64,000 nt of DNA from Bacteroidota bacterium (GTDB lineage Bacteria; Bacteroidota; Bacteroidia; Chitinophagales; BACL12). The number at the start of each line of letters is the position of its first letter. Position 1 is the stretch's first letter. Below are positions 19,531 through 30,500 of this stretch, piece by piece. The DNA is taken from positions 972,768 through 1,036,767 of the forward strand of contig JADJIS010000002.1 of the NCBI GenBank assembly GCA_016706865.1, written 5' to 3'. The notes under the pieces were generated by a model. It was not told where the DNA came from. It saw nothing but the letters and a program-made list of their open reading frames with translations, and did not search any database. The translations under genes and the position numbers were made by a program.

Positions 19531-19594
19531 ATGAAATTGGGTAAAAAAAAAGCAGGTTAAAATAAACCTGCCATTAAAGATAATAATAATTTTC

Positions 19595-20941
19595 TCACTC
19601 CAGATCACTCAGATCAAACCCATTCATAAAGCTTGTATCAAATACCCCAGCCCTGAATTTTGGATCACGCATGAGCTTTTTGTGGAAAGGAATGGTTGTT
19701 TTAATTCCCTCTACAATAAATTCATCTAAGGCTCTTTGCATTTTTAATATTACTTCTTCACGTGTGCGCGCCTTGCAAATTAATTTAGCGATCATGCTAT
19801 CGTAATAAGGTGGGATGGTATAGCCTGCATACACAGCAGTATCTACACGAACTCCATGTCCTTTCGGAGAATGGAAACTGGTTATTTTACCCGGACTCGG
19901 AGAAAAATTTCTTGTGGGATCCTCCGCATTTATTCTGCATTCCATTGCGTGTAATAACGGGAAATAATTTTTTCCGGAAATTTTTTCTCCCGTTGCAATT
20001 TTAATTTGTTCTTTAATTAAATCGAAATCTACCACTTCTTCCGTAACAGTATGTTCAACCTGAATACGTGTATTCATTTCCATGAAATAAAAATTCTTGT
20101 GTTTGTCAACAAGAAATTCTATTGTTCCTACACCTTCATATTTAATACTTTCTGCAGCTTTAACCGCTGCATCACCCATTTTTTTTCTCAGCTTCTCATC
20201 AAGAAATGGTGAAGGACTTTCTTCAACTAATTTTTGATGTCTTCTTTGTATGGAACAGTCTCTTTCACTTAAATGACAAGCTCTTCCATATTGATCACCC
20301 GCTATCTGAATTTCGATATGACGTGGTTCCTCAATATATTTTTCCATATATAAACCATCATTATTAAATGATGCTTTTGCTTCCATGCTTGCGGTATCAA
20401 ATGCACTTTCCACTTCATCCTCTTTCCAAACAATACGCATTCCTTTTCCACCACCACCGGCAGTAGCTTTCATGATAACCGGATATCCTATTTTTTTGGC
20501 TAATTTTTTAGCTTCAGCCACATCTTTTAATAATCCTTCACTTCCTGGAATTACAGGAACACCTGCTTTTTTCATGGTTTCCTTCGCTGTGATCTTATCG
20601 CCCATTTTGCGGATCTGATCAGCGGTAGGTCCAATAAATTTAATTCCGTATTTGGTGCATATCTCAGAAAAAGTTGCATTCTCACTTAAAAAACCATAAC
20701 CAGGATGTATGGCATCCGCATTGGTAATTTCCGCAGCGGCCATAATTTTCGGAATACTTAAATACGATTCTTTGGAAGATGGAGGTCCTATACAAACTGC
20801 TTCATCGGCAAAACGTACAGGCAAACTTTCTTTATCGGCAGTGGAATAAACAGCAACGGTTTTAATTCCCATTTCTTTTGCTGTTCTAATAACCCTTAAA
20901 GCTATTTCGCCGCGATTTGCTATTAGTATTTTTTTGAACAT
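19595..20941 (-). CDS. accC: Acetyl-CoA carboxylase biotin carboxylase subunit
   Basis: [20 protein letters not shown].. with ATP-grasp motifs across the full length. Confidence 0.97.
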   Translation of the reverse strand: MFKKILIANRGEIALRVIRTAKEMGIKTVAVYSTADKESLPVRFADEAVCIGPPSSKESYLSIPKIMAAAEITNADAIHPGYGFLSENATFSEICTKYGIKFIGPTADQIRKMGDKITAKETMKKAGVPVIPGSEGLLKDVAEAKKLAKKIGYPVIMKATAGGGGKGMRIVWKEDEVESAFDTASMEAKASFNNDGLYMEKYIEEPRHIEIQIAGDQYGRACHLSERDCSIQRRHQKLVEESPSPFLDEKLRKKMGDAAVKAAESIKYEGVGTIEFLVDKHKNFYFMEMNTRIQVEHTVTEEVVDFDLIKEQIKIATGEKISGKNYFPLLHAMECRINAEDPTRNFSPSPGKITSFHSPKGHGVRVDTAVYAGYTIPPYYDSMIAKLICKARTREEVILKMQRALDEFIVEGIKTTIPFHKKLMRDPKFRAGVFDTSFMNGFDLSDLE

Positions 20942-21009
20942 CTTATTTTAAATATCTAATGTACAAATTTGCCAATGTGCAAATTCAAAGTGTGTAATAA
21001 AAGAAAAGA

Positions 21010-21501
21010 TTATTTGGTCTCAATTAAAAACAATGGTTGATCATATTCCACGGGACTTGCATCATCCACAAGAATTTTTGCGATCTTACCCGAAACTTCA
21101 CTTTCAATTTCGTTGAATAGTTTCATTGCTTCAATGATACATAATTTTGAACCAACGGAAATTTCATCACCAACTTTCACAAAAACATCTTTATCAGGTC
21201 CGGGAGAACGATAAAATGTTCCAACGATCGGTGATTTAATTGTCATTGTATTTTCTGCTGCAACTGCTTCAGATTTTGATTCTTCTGATGTGCTTTGCGT
21301 AGTTTTTTCTGCAGTTATTTGTTGCGTTTGTGCAACTTGTTGCATCTGCGGTTGTTGCATCATCATCGGAACTTGCATAACTCCGGAAGAAGCTAAGGCA
21401 GTTTTAATTTTAATGCGAAAATCTTGATTTTCGATAGTGAGTTCAGCGATGTTATTTTTATTAACCATCCTGATTAACTCCTGAATTTCTTTAAAGTCCA
21501 T
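21010..21501 (-). CDS. accB: Biotin carboxyl carrier protein
   Basis: C-terminal biotinyl domain with the EAMKL motif. Q/P-rich linker. Sits directly upstream of accC. Confidence 0.93.
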   Translation of the reverse strand: MDFKEIQELIRMVNKNNIAELTIENQDFRIKIKTALASSGVMQVPMMMQQPQMQQVAQTQQITAEKTTQSTSEESKSEAVAAENTMTIKSPIVGTFYRSPGPDKDVFVKVGDEISVGSKLCIIEAMKLFNEIESEVSGKIAKILVDDASPVEYDQPLFLIETK

Positions 21502-21508
21502 AGTAAGG

Positions 21509-22072
21509 TTATTTTACACGTTCAACATATTCAAATGAGCGGGTGTCAATTTTAATTACATCACCCGAATTAACAAACATAGGAACCATAATACTTGCTC
21601 CGGTTTCCAATGTTGCATTTTTAAATGCATTTGTTGCAGTATTGCCTTTCACACTCTGCTCTGCAAATGTAACTTCTAAAATGATATGTGCAGGTAACTC
21701 ACAGAACAAAGGTTTTTCCGTTTCAGCATGAAATAAAATATCTATCTCCTGACCTTCCTTAAAAAATTCCTTTCCTTCCACCATTGCCTCATCCAAGGTA
21801 ACCTGGTCGAAAGTTTCCTGATTCATGAAACTATAACCGGTTTCATCCTTGTATAAATATTGAAATGTGCGACGTTCAACTCTTACAGTATTGATAGTAG
21901 CGCCTGATGGAAAGGTATTTTCCAAAACCTTACCCGTTGTTAAACTTTTGATCTTCGTGCGCACAAAGGCATTGCCTTTACCCGGTTTCACATGCTGAAA
22001 ATCAACCACCTGCCAAACATCATTGTTAAAGTCGATGCAAAGTCCTTTTCGAATATCTGCTGTATTTGCCAT
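21509..22072 (-). CDS. efp: Elongation factor P
   Basis: N-terminus ..[26 protein letters not shown], 187 aa. Confidence 0.95.
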   Translation of the reverse strand: MANTADIRKGLCIDFNNDVWQVVDFQHVKPGKGNAFVRTKIKSLTTGKVLENTFPSGATINTVRVERRTFQYLYKDETGYSFMNQETFDQVTLDEAMVEGKEFFKEGQEIDILFHAETEKPLFCELPAHIILEVTFAEQSVKGNTATNAFKNATLETGASIMVPMFVNSGDVIKIDTRSFEYVERVK

Positions 22073-22125
22073 TTTATGTTAAGTGTTGTCCTGATGATTA
22101 GATCAGGATGTTTATTAATGTCATT

Positions 22126-22195
22126 AGTCAATAGTCAGGAGTCAATAGTCAGGGGTAACTCAAATTGTCAATTGTCAATTATCAATTATCAATTG
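22126..22195. repeat. Two in-phase heptamer arrays (AGTCAAT/AGTCAGG x4, TCAATTG/TCAATTA x4)
   Basis: Read directly: 22126-22153 and 22168-22195. The second array encodes the last residues and the stop codon of fabH. Confidence 0.9.
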
Positions 22196-23183
22196 AGTAA
22201 GCCCACTTTATCAGTGTTGCTCCCCAGGTAAATCCTCCGCCAAATGCTGCTAATACTATATTGTCTCCTTTTTTCAATTGCGGCTCCCATTCCCACAAAC
22301 ACAAAGGCAGCGTTCCCGCTGTTGTATTTCCGTATTTTTCAATATTGATCATCACTTTTTCTTTGGATAATCCCATACGGTCGGCTGTGGCGTCAATAAT
22401 TCTCAAATTTGCCTGATGCGGAACCAGCCAGGCAATATCTTCACTCACCAGATTATTGCGTTTCATGATCTCCTCCGAAACATCTGCCATATTTTTAACG
22501 GCGAATTTGAACACTGTTTTACCTTCCTGATAAACGGTGTGCTCATTGCTGTCAACTGTTTCGTGACTTGCAGGTTTTAATGAACCACCTGCCTTCTGAT
22601 GTAGGTAATGTCTTCCTGAACCGTCAGAACGCAAAATGGAATCAATAATCCCCGTTCCATCTTCACTAGGCTCAAGCATTACAGCTCCGGCACCATCTCC
22701 AAATATAACACAGGTAGTGCGATCATTATAATTTATGATGGACGACATTTTATCCGCCCCAACAATTACAACTCTCTTATATGTTCCGGTTTCAATAAAT
22801 TTTGCACCCGTGGTGAGGGCGTATAAAAAACCGCTGCATGCAGCACTAATATCGTAACTTAAAATATGCCCACAGCCTAATTTATCACAAACAATATTCG
22901 CTGTTGCGGGAAAGGCCATGTCGGGCGTAGTAGTTGCCACGATCAGCATTTCAATATCTGTAGCTTTTAATCCTTTTTTTTCAAGCAACCCCTTTACAGC
23001 TTCAACAGCCATATCGCTGGTTGCCAGTCCCTCTCCCTTTAAGATCCGGCGTTCTTTTATACCGGTTCTCGACATGATCCACTCGTCAGAGGTGTCTACC
23101 ATTTTCTCGAGTTCGGCGTTGGTGAGCCTGTATTCAGGAACATAACCGTAGACACCGGTTATTGCTGCAAGTGGTTTATTCAT
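22182..23183 (-). CDS. fabH: 3-oxoacyl-ACP synthase III
   Basis: [10 protein letters not shown].., active-site Cys context ([11 protein letters not shown]), C-terminal GGGFTWGA. Confidence 0.95.
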   Translation of the reverse strand: MNKPLAAITGVYGYVPEYRLTNAELEKMVDTSDEWIMSRTGIKERRILKGEGLATSDMAVEAVKGLLEKKGLKATDIEMLIVATTTPDMAFPATANIVCDKLGCGHILSYDISAACSGFLYALTTGAKFIETGTYKRVVIVGADKMSSIINYNDRTTCVIFGDGAGAVMLEPSEDGTGIIDSILRSDGSGRHYLHQKAGGSLKPASHETVDSNEHTVYQEGKTVFKFAVKNMADVSEEIMKRNNLVSEDIAWLVPHQANLRIIDATADRMGLSKEKVMINIEKYGNTTAGTLPLCLWEWEPQLKKGDNIVLAAFGGGFTWGATLIKWAYSIDN

Positions 23184-23237
23184 GCCTGTAGTTGGTTTTA
23201 ACTAATGGAATACCTCGAATTATACGAGGAATTAAGA

Positions 23238-23417
23238 TCAGGCTTTCTTTTCGATTGCTATTTTTCCTCTGTATGTTCCACATTCAGGGCACACACGGTG
23301 ATACAAAGTTGGAGCACCGCAATTGGCACAATTGATCACATTTGGCGCTTCAACACCATGATGTGTTCTGCGTGTGCGGGTTCTTTGTTTCGAGTGACGT
23401 CGTTTTGGATTCGGCAT
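23238..23417 (-). CDS. rpmF: 50S ribosomal protein L32
   Basis: Not in the ORF track (59 aa). My own translation is MPNPKRRHSKQRTRTRRTHHGVEAPNVINCANCGAPTLYHRVCPECGTYRGKIAIEKKA, with the two CxxC pairs and the position between yceD and fabH. Confidence 0.9.
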   Translation of the reverse strand: MPNPKRRHSKQRTRTRRTHHGVEAPNVINCANCGAPTLYHRVCPECGTYRGKIAIEKKA

Positions 23418-23429
23418 TGTATTCTAGTT

Positions 23430-23963
23430 TTAATTTTTACTCAAATTATTTAAAATATCCCAACGGGGATCAATTTCCTTTTTGTCTTCTTCTTCCTTTT
23501 CTGTTGCTAACAGCTTTAATATTTCAGGATCACACCCAGGGTCACCATTCTTTTTGTCGGGATGGGTCTTTTTTATGGGAATAGATAAATGAACAAATTC
23601 ATAGATCATCTCCGAAACATCCAAAACCGAATCCCCATCTGATATCCAGATCACATCTTCATTATCTTTATCCTCCTCGCGCTCATCTCCCACCTTTACA
23701 TACATGGTATAATTTCCATGTATAGGAAGGTCAAATGCTTGTCCACAACGGTCGCACTCGGAGGCAACACTGCCTGAAATATCAAAATTAAGAACGAACA
23801 ATCTATCCTTTTTATCAAAAATCAGATCTACGAAAACCTTGCCCTGCTTAACCAGGCTATCCTCGAAGTGACTAAAAAATGCGTCTTCCAGCACAAAATT
23901 AAAGTGGTGCTCTTCCAACTTTAGTCCAACAAACGGTATCTGGTATGCCCTCAAATCTTTCAC
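23430..23963 (-). CDS. YceD/DUF177 family protein
   Basis: CDRCGQAFDLPI motif and the conserved position immediately upstream of rpmF. Confidence 0.8.
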   Translation of the reverse strand: MKDLRAYQIPFVGLKLEEHHFNFVLEDAFFSHFEDSLVKQGKVFVDLIFDKKDRLFVLNFDISGSVASECDRCGQAFDLPIHGNYTMYVKVGDEREEDKDNEDVIWISDGDSVLDVSEMIYEFVHLSIPIKKTHPDKKNGDPGCDPEILKLLATEKEEEDKKEIDPRWDILNNLSKN

Positions 23964-24069
23964 GACCCAACTGTTTTAAAAAAGGCTGACAAAGGTAGTG
24001 AACAAAAGGCAAAAAGGGGAAAGATTTTGATTATATTGGTCAAAGAAGCATGAATTTGACCATTTTTAG

Positions 24070-24483
24070 TCAATTATCACCCTCTAAACGTGTAATTTCC
24101 GCTTTGATCTGCTCGGGAACAGGTGTTTTTTGATTTGTATTAAAATCATACATCACCAAAATATCTGTACCGATGGTAGACAATTCACCTTTTCCGCTAA
24201 AAATCTGATGCTGAAGCCCAAAACTGGTGTTTTTTATAAAAGAGACAGTAGTTTCAATTCTAATATTATCGGGATAATACAGTGGTTTTTTATATTCCAG
24301 CGCCGAGGATGCCAGCATAAATCCAACTTTATCCTCCTCCAGCATTTTCATTATCCCTATTTTCTCAACAAAATTGACCCGCGCAGATTGAATGTACTTG
24401 GCATACATCACATTATTAATATGACCAAACAGGTCCATTTCACTCCAATCAACTCTTAATGTTAAAATTATCGGTGTTGCCAT
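24070..24483 (-). CDS. Acyl-CoA thioesterase (4HBT/YbgC-like hotdog fold)
   Basis: 137 aa with an N-terminal V.W...D.FGHINNV.Y motif. Confidence 0.8.
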   Translation of the reverse strand: MATPIILTLRVDWSEMDLFGHINNVMYAKYIQSARVNFVEKIGIMKMLEEDKVGFMLASSALEYKKPLYYPDNIRIETTVSFIKNTSFGLQHQIFSGKGELSTIGTDILVMYDFNTNQKTPVPEQIKAEITRLEGDN

Positions 24484-24498
24484 TTGCTTGTTCTCCGA

Positions 24499-25551
24499 TT
24501 ATCTTTCTGCCTCAACGTAAGACCTTTTCAGGGGGTTTTTAGTGCTTTCAGCATATGAAACCCTTCGGTTACAGATGTCGATGGCAGCAAAAATGGCGTG
24601 TAGTATACTCTCTCCGGAAGCTTCATTCTTTCCCGCTATATCATAGGCAGTTCCATGGTCGGGCGAAGTGCGCACAAAAGGTAAACCGGCGGTAAAATTG
24701 ATACCACTGCCAAAACTCAGGCTTTTAAACCCTACCAGTCCCTGATCGTGATACATTGCGAGTATTGCGTCAAATTTCTGGTAATTTCCACTGCCAAAAA
24801 ATCCATCAGCAGCGAAAGGACCAACCACATATATTTTTTTGTCCTGAGCAGCTTTGATAGCAGGTATGATGATATTTTTTTCTTCATCACCAAGCAATCC
24901 TCCATCACCTGAATGTGGGTTCAATGCCAAAACTGCAATAGTAGGATTAAAAATAGCAAAATCCTGTTTCAAACTATGGTTAATAAGTTCGATCTTCTGC
25001 AGTATTTTTTCCTTTGTAATTGCTGCAGGAATTTCTTTTATTGCTAAATGATTTGTTACTAATCCAACACGTAAATTCTCGTTCATCAACAACATAACAC
25101 TTTCTTTATCTCCGGCCTTTGCATTAAAATATTCCGTATGACCGTGATAATTAAAACCACTTTGTTGCATGTTATTTTTATTGATAGGTGCAGTTACAAG
25201 TGCATCTATTTTTTTCGCTAAAAGATCTTGCGTAGCGGCTTCCAGGCTTATCAGTGCAGTCTTTCCGCCTATCGCAGTGTCTTGCCCGGGTTGTAAAATA
25301 ATATCATCGGTAATACAATTAATTATGTTCACCGATTTTGTATTAGATTGATCTGCATCAACACAAGTTGTATAATTAAATCCTTCTATATTGAACATTT
25401 TTTTATAAAAAGATAAAATTCTGTTTGATCCATAAATTACAGGAGTACATAATTTTAATATACGATTGTCGTCGAGTGCTTTTATGAGTACTTCGGGACC
25501 AATTCCATTAACATCTCCGAGTGTGAATCCTATCTTTAATTTATTGTCCAT
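24499..25551 (-). CDS. pdxA: 4-hydroxythreonine-4-phosphate dehydrogenase
   Basis: GDVNGIGPEVLIKA.., HTEYF, C-terminal SPDHGTAYDIAGK. Confidence 0.92.
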   Translation of the reverse strand: MDNKLKIGFTLGDVNGIGPEVLIKALDDNRILKLCTPVIYGSNRILSFYKKMFNIEGFNYTTCVDADQSNTKSVNIINCITDDIILQPGQDTAIGGKTALISLEAATQDLLAKKIDALVTAPINKNNMQQSGFNYHGHTEYFNAKAGDKESVMLLMNENLRVGLVTNHLAIKEIPAAITKEKILQKIELINHSLKQDFAIFNPTIAVLALNPHSGDGGLLGDEEKNIIIPAIKAAQDKKIYVVGPFAADGFFGSGNYQKFDAILAMYHDQGLVGFKSLSFGSGINFTAGLPFVRTSPDHGTAYDIAGKNEASGESILHAIFAAIDICNRRVSYAESTKNPLKRSYVEAER

Positions 25552-25646
25552 CGATGTAAAATTAGATAACCATCCGAAGATTTTTTAATCCTTATCACGA
25601 ATTAATGCGAAGTTTGCAGAATCCTCTAGTTCAAATATCAAAATAT

Positions 25647-26426
25647 ATGCAACACAGTTTTCACCATAAAAAATCGCTCGGCCAACATTTTTTAAAAAGT
25701 GAGGCCACTGCTTTGGAAATTGTGCAAGCTCTGAAACCCGAAAATGATACTATTCCGATTCTGGAAATTGGTCCGGGTCTGGGAATTTTATCAAAACACC
25801 TTTTACAGCTTCCAAACCCGATCTTTTTTAGTGAACTGGATGCAAGAGTAATTTCCTTTCTAGAGGAGGAGCTGAAAATTGATCCCTCCTATATTATATA
25901 TGGTGATTTTTTAAAATTGGATCTATCCAGATACTTTACCGGGGAATTTTTAGTGATAGGCAATTTCCCCTACAATATTTCCTCCCAAATACTTTTCAAA
26001 ATTCTTGATTTTAAGGAGCAAGTACCCGTTTTAACAGGCATGTTTCAAAAGGAAATGGCCAAAAGAGTGGTTGCAAAACATGGCAATAAAGAATATGGGG
26101 TGATAACGGTAATTGTTCAGGCCTATTACGATTGCACTTACTTATTTGAACTTCCACCCACCGCATTTGATCCTCCACCGAAAGTAAATTCCGCAGTAAT
26201 AAGACTTTCCAGAAAAGCGACGGCATTAAATTGTGATGAAAAACTGTTCAAACAAATAGTTAAAGCCGGCTTCAATCAAAGGAGAAAAAAACTTTCAAAT
26301 GCACTTTCGGGAATTCCGGGATCAAAAGAAAAACTAATAGCCCTTAACTTTGCCGACAAAAGGGCCGAACAACTGAGTGTTGAAGATTTTATTGAACTGA
26401 CCAAATCTTTTACAACTGTCCAATAA
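25647..26426 (+). CDS. rsmA: 16S rRNA (adenine1518/1519-N6)-dimethyltransferase
   Basis: KKSLGQHFL, EIGPGLG SAM motif, GNFPYNISS. I prefer the start at M15 (25647) over 25605. Confidence 0.92.
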   Translation: MQHSFHHKKSLGQHFLKSEATALEIVQALKPENDTIPILEIGPGLGILSKHLLQLPNPIFFSELDARVISFLEEELKIDPSYIIYGDFLKLDLSRYFTGEFLVIGNFPYNISSQILFKILDFKEQVPVLTGMFQKEMAKRVVAKHGNKEYGVITVIVQAYYDCTYLFELPPTAFDPPPKVNSAVIRLSRKATALNCDEKLFKQIVKAGFNQRRKKLSNALSGIPGSKEKLIALNFADKRAEQLSVEDFIELTKSFTTVQ

Positions 26427-26454
26427 ATTTATTACTCCTATTATATATATGTAA

Positions 26455-27402
26455 ATGTTGAAAAAAGTAATCATTACTGATCATCTTCACCCTTACCTGG
26501 AGCAACAATTGACAAAACTTGGTTATGAGGTAGATGTTCAGCAGGATATAACAAATGAGCAACTCTTTGAAATAATTGATCAATACTTCGGTCTTGTTCT
26601 CAGCACCAAAATAAAAGTAACTCCTGCATTACTTGATAAGGCAACAAAACTCGTATTCATAGCAAGAGCCGGCAGTGGTATGGAGAATATTGATATTGAA
26701 TATGCACTTGCCAAAAATATCCAGGTAATTAACTCACCGGAGGGAAATTCGAATGCAGTAGCTGAACATGCAGGTGGAACTCTTTTAGCCTTAATTAATA
26801 ATATTACCCGATCAGATAGAGAAATAAGAGCAGGAATATGGCGCCGTGAACAAAACCGTGGTATAGAACTGGAAGGGAAAACAATTGCAATTATCGGATA
26901 CGGTAATACCGGATCTGCATTTGCTTTAAAATTGCAGTCCTTTAATATGCAGGTCTTAGCATATGATAAATTTAGATCCGGATTTGGATCCCCTGGCGTA
27001 AAGGAATCTGATCTTGCCGAAATTAAAGAGAAGGCTGATATTGTTTCCTTTCATTTGCCATTAACAGACGAAACGTTCCATTTCCTCGACGATGCTTTCA
27101 TTTCAGATATGAGAAAGAATTTTTGGGTGATAAATACTTCCCGTGGGAAAGTGGTTGATTCTCGTTCTTTATTGAAAGGTTTAATTTCCGGAAAGATACT
27201 TGGAGCAGGTTTGGATGTTTTTGAAAATGAGCAATTTTATCAGCTAAAGGGAGATGATAAGCTGATTATGGAAAAAATGTGCAGTTTCGAAAATATTATT
27301 CTAACCCCGCATATAGCAGGTTGGACCCATGAATCCTACTTTAAAATCTCCAAAATATTGGCTGAAAGGATTGAGGTGCTTACACTTCCAAATGTTAAGT
27401 GA
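26455..27402 (+). CDS. D-isomer-specific 2-hydroxyacid dehydrogenase (phosphoglycerate dehydrogenase-like)
   Basis: NAD fold GYGNTGSAFA, catalytic-domain pattern ..NTSRG..VD...L, PHIAG. Confidence 0.8.
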   Translation: MLKKVIITDHLHPYLEQQLTKLGYEVDVQQDITNEQLFEIIDQYFGLVLSTKIKVTPALLDKATKLVFIARAGSGMENIDIEYALAKNIQVINSPEGNSNAVAEHAGGTLLALINNITRSDREIRAGIWRREQNRGIELEGKTIAIIGYGNTGSAFALKLQSFNMQVLAYDKFRSGFGSPGVKESDLAEIKEKADIVSFHLPLTDETFHFLDDAFISDMRKNFWVINTSRGKVVDSRSLLKGLISGKILGAGLDVFENEQFYQLKGDDKLIMEKMCSFENIILTPHIAGWTHESYFKISKILAERIEVLTLPNVK

Positions 27403-27520
27403 CAAAAATATGATACTAAAGTGACGGGTGTATGACGGGAAAATTAATTAAAGGATATACTTTTGTTTTCAATTATTTACATAATTTAGCGACTCTTAAC
27501 AAATTTTAAATTTTCGGTCT

Positions 27521-30500
27521 ATGAATAAACTCCTTTACGCACTCGTTGTACTAGTTTTGTGTGTTGGTTCGGCAAATGCCCAATCCGGTGAGATTCAGGG
27601 AAAAGTTCTGAATGATAAAGCAGAGGGAATTCCCTTCGCGAATGTGGTTGCCTATAAAAATGGTGTACTTGTTACAGGTGCCACCACCGATTTTGATGGT
27701 AAATACGCAATTCCGGCATTGGAACCAGGTACCTATGAAATTGAAGCTTCCTATGTTGGATTAAAAAAACGTCTTACAGGTATTACCGTTTCTCAGGGTA
27801 TCGTTTTCCTCGACGACATTTTGCTGAGCGATAAGATACTCGATGTGGTTATTATTAAATACCAGGCTCCTTTGGTTGACAAAGGAAATACCAGTACCGG
27901 TGGTGTGGTTACAAAAGAAGACATCCAAAAAATAGCGACAAGGAACGTAACATCTATTGCAGCTACCAAAGAAGGAGTTTACCAAAGTGATGAAGGTGGT
28001 GGACTGAACATCAAGGGTTCACGTGGTGATGCAACGGAATATATTATAGATGGTGTTCGTGTTTCAGGTTCTCTTAAATTACCTCAGGATGCCATTGAAC
28101 AATTAGAGGTAATTACCGGTGGTGTGGATCCTAAATATGGTGATGCAACAGGTGGTTTTATCACTATTACAACAAGAGGTCCATCTAAAAATTACAATGG
28201 AAGTATGGAATTAGCTACTTCAGAAGTTTTGGATGACTATGGATATAACCTCGCAAGTTTATTTTTAACAGGACCTATCATCATGAAAGATAAAGGTACC
28301 GACTCTGCTCAGGCAAAATTCGGTTTCTTTATTGCGGGTGAATTAGAAATGGAAAGAGATCCCGATCCTTCCGCAATCGGAAATTTTCAGGTTAAGGATG
28401 ATGTGATGAATAGTTTAACTGTTGATCCATTGCGTCCATCGGTTACCGGTTTAGGATTTAATAAAAATTCAGAATTTATAACTGATGACGATATTGAAGC
28501 AATTCCTTACCGTTTAAATACAAGCAATCGCGGACTTGCTCTATCAACCAAATTAGATTATAAGTTTTCACGTAATACAAATCTTCAGGTGGGTTTATCT
28601 TGGAGAAATTTTCATGGCAATACTTATGCAAGAACATTTGCATTGTTTAATTCAGAAAATAATCCGGTAGATGATCAAAATACCTATCGCGGATATTTAA
28701 GATTTACTCAGCGTTTTCCAGAAAAAAAATCTGCATCAACAAAAGAATCCGTTGTAGGTAATGCTTATTACTCTATTCAATTGGATTATACCAAATTTAT
28801 TAGTACTCGTCAGGACGGCGATCATCAAATGAATCCGTTTGCTTATGGTTATATCGGACAATACAATACTTATAAAGCTCCCGTATATTTTTATACCACC
28901 GACGAAACTACCGGTTTAACCGGTTGGGTACTTGCAGGCTATGCTGATACTTTGGTGGAATTTACAGCAGGAGAAGCAAATCCTGAATTAGCGGAATATA
29001 CTACGGAGTATTATGAAGGTAGTGGAATTCCTCCATCCAGTTTATTTGATATTCAGTTAGGCGGTGGATTATTAAATGGAGAATCTTCTTCCTTATTCCT
29101 TTCTACATATAATATGTGGTATAATGCAGGGGTTCCATGGTTCAATTATTCAAAAACAAATGAAGACCAGTACAGTTTAACTTTTGGAGCATCTTTGGAT
29201 CTTAAAAACCCGAATGCAACAAATGTTTCTAAACACGCAATCGAATTTGGATTTGAATTTCAACAACGCATTGAACGCTTTTATGGTGTAAATCCAATTG
29301 GATTATGGACAATAGCACGTCAGCTTGCCAACAAACATATTTTAACACTTGATACTGATAATCCATTACTTATAATTGATGGCGAAGAATATACTTATGA
29401 TGAATATATAAGTACTCCAGGTTTATACTTCGGTGAATTTGATACAATTACTTACGACAGATTATCACTTGGCGATGATCAGGCATATTTTGATCAACAA
29501 TTAAGAAACAGATTAAATGAAATGGGAATGCCGGTTGGCGATCTTGATTATATTAATATTGATAATCTTCCTTTAGATGCATTTTCCATGGATCTGTTCA
29601 GTGCGGATGAATTATTAAATCAAGGTAGTTCATTAGTATTTTATAATGGATACGATTATTTAGGAAATACTGTAACAGGTGCTCCATCATTCAACGATTT
29701 CTTCACACAAAAAAATGATGAAGGTTTATACACTCGTCCTATCGATGCATTCCGCCCGGTTTATACTGCCGGATATATTCAGGATAGATTCAATTTTAAT
29801 GATATCGTATTCCGTGTTGGTGTTCGTGTTGACCGTTATGATGCAAATAGAAAAGTGTTGAAAGATAAATATTCATTATATGATGTTTATTCAACCTCTG
29901 AAGTGGATGGTTCTCTTAATCCAAATGGTGCACATCCAGGAAATATCGGAGAAGATTTTGTTGTTTATGTCGATGATTTTAATAGCCCTAGTCCTACAGT
30001 TTTAGGATATCGCGATGAAGATGTTTGGTATAATGCAGATGGTCAGGAAGTATCTGATCCAAACGTTATTGCAATTACATCTTCAACAGGAACAATTACA
30101 CCTTATGTAATAGATCCTGATGCAAATATTAAAGATGAAAATTTTGATCCGAATTCATCATTTGAAGATTATACTCCACAGATCACTTTAATGCCGAGAA
30201 TTGCATTCTCTTTCCCTATCTCTAAAGTGAAAGACAGAGAAGCATTATTTTTTGCTCATTATGATATCTTAACTCAACGCCCTCCAACAGGAACTTCTGC
30301 AAGTCCTGCAGATTATTATTTCTTCCTGGAAAATGCAGGTGCATTAATTGATAACCCGGATCTTAAACCTGAAAAAACAATTGACTATCAGGTTGGTTTC
30401 CAACAACAATTATCACCTTCATCTGTAATTAAAATTTCTGCTTTCTATAAAGAATTGAGAGATATGATTCAGGTAGTAAACGTACCTTATGCATATCCAC

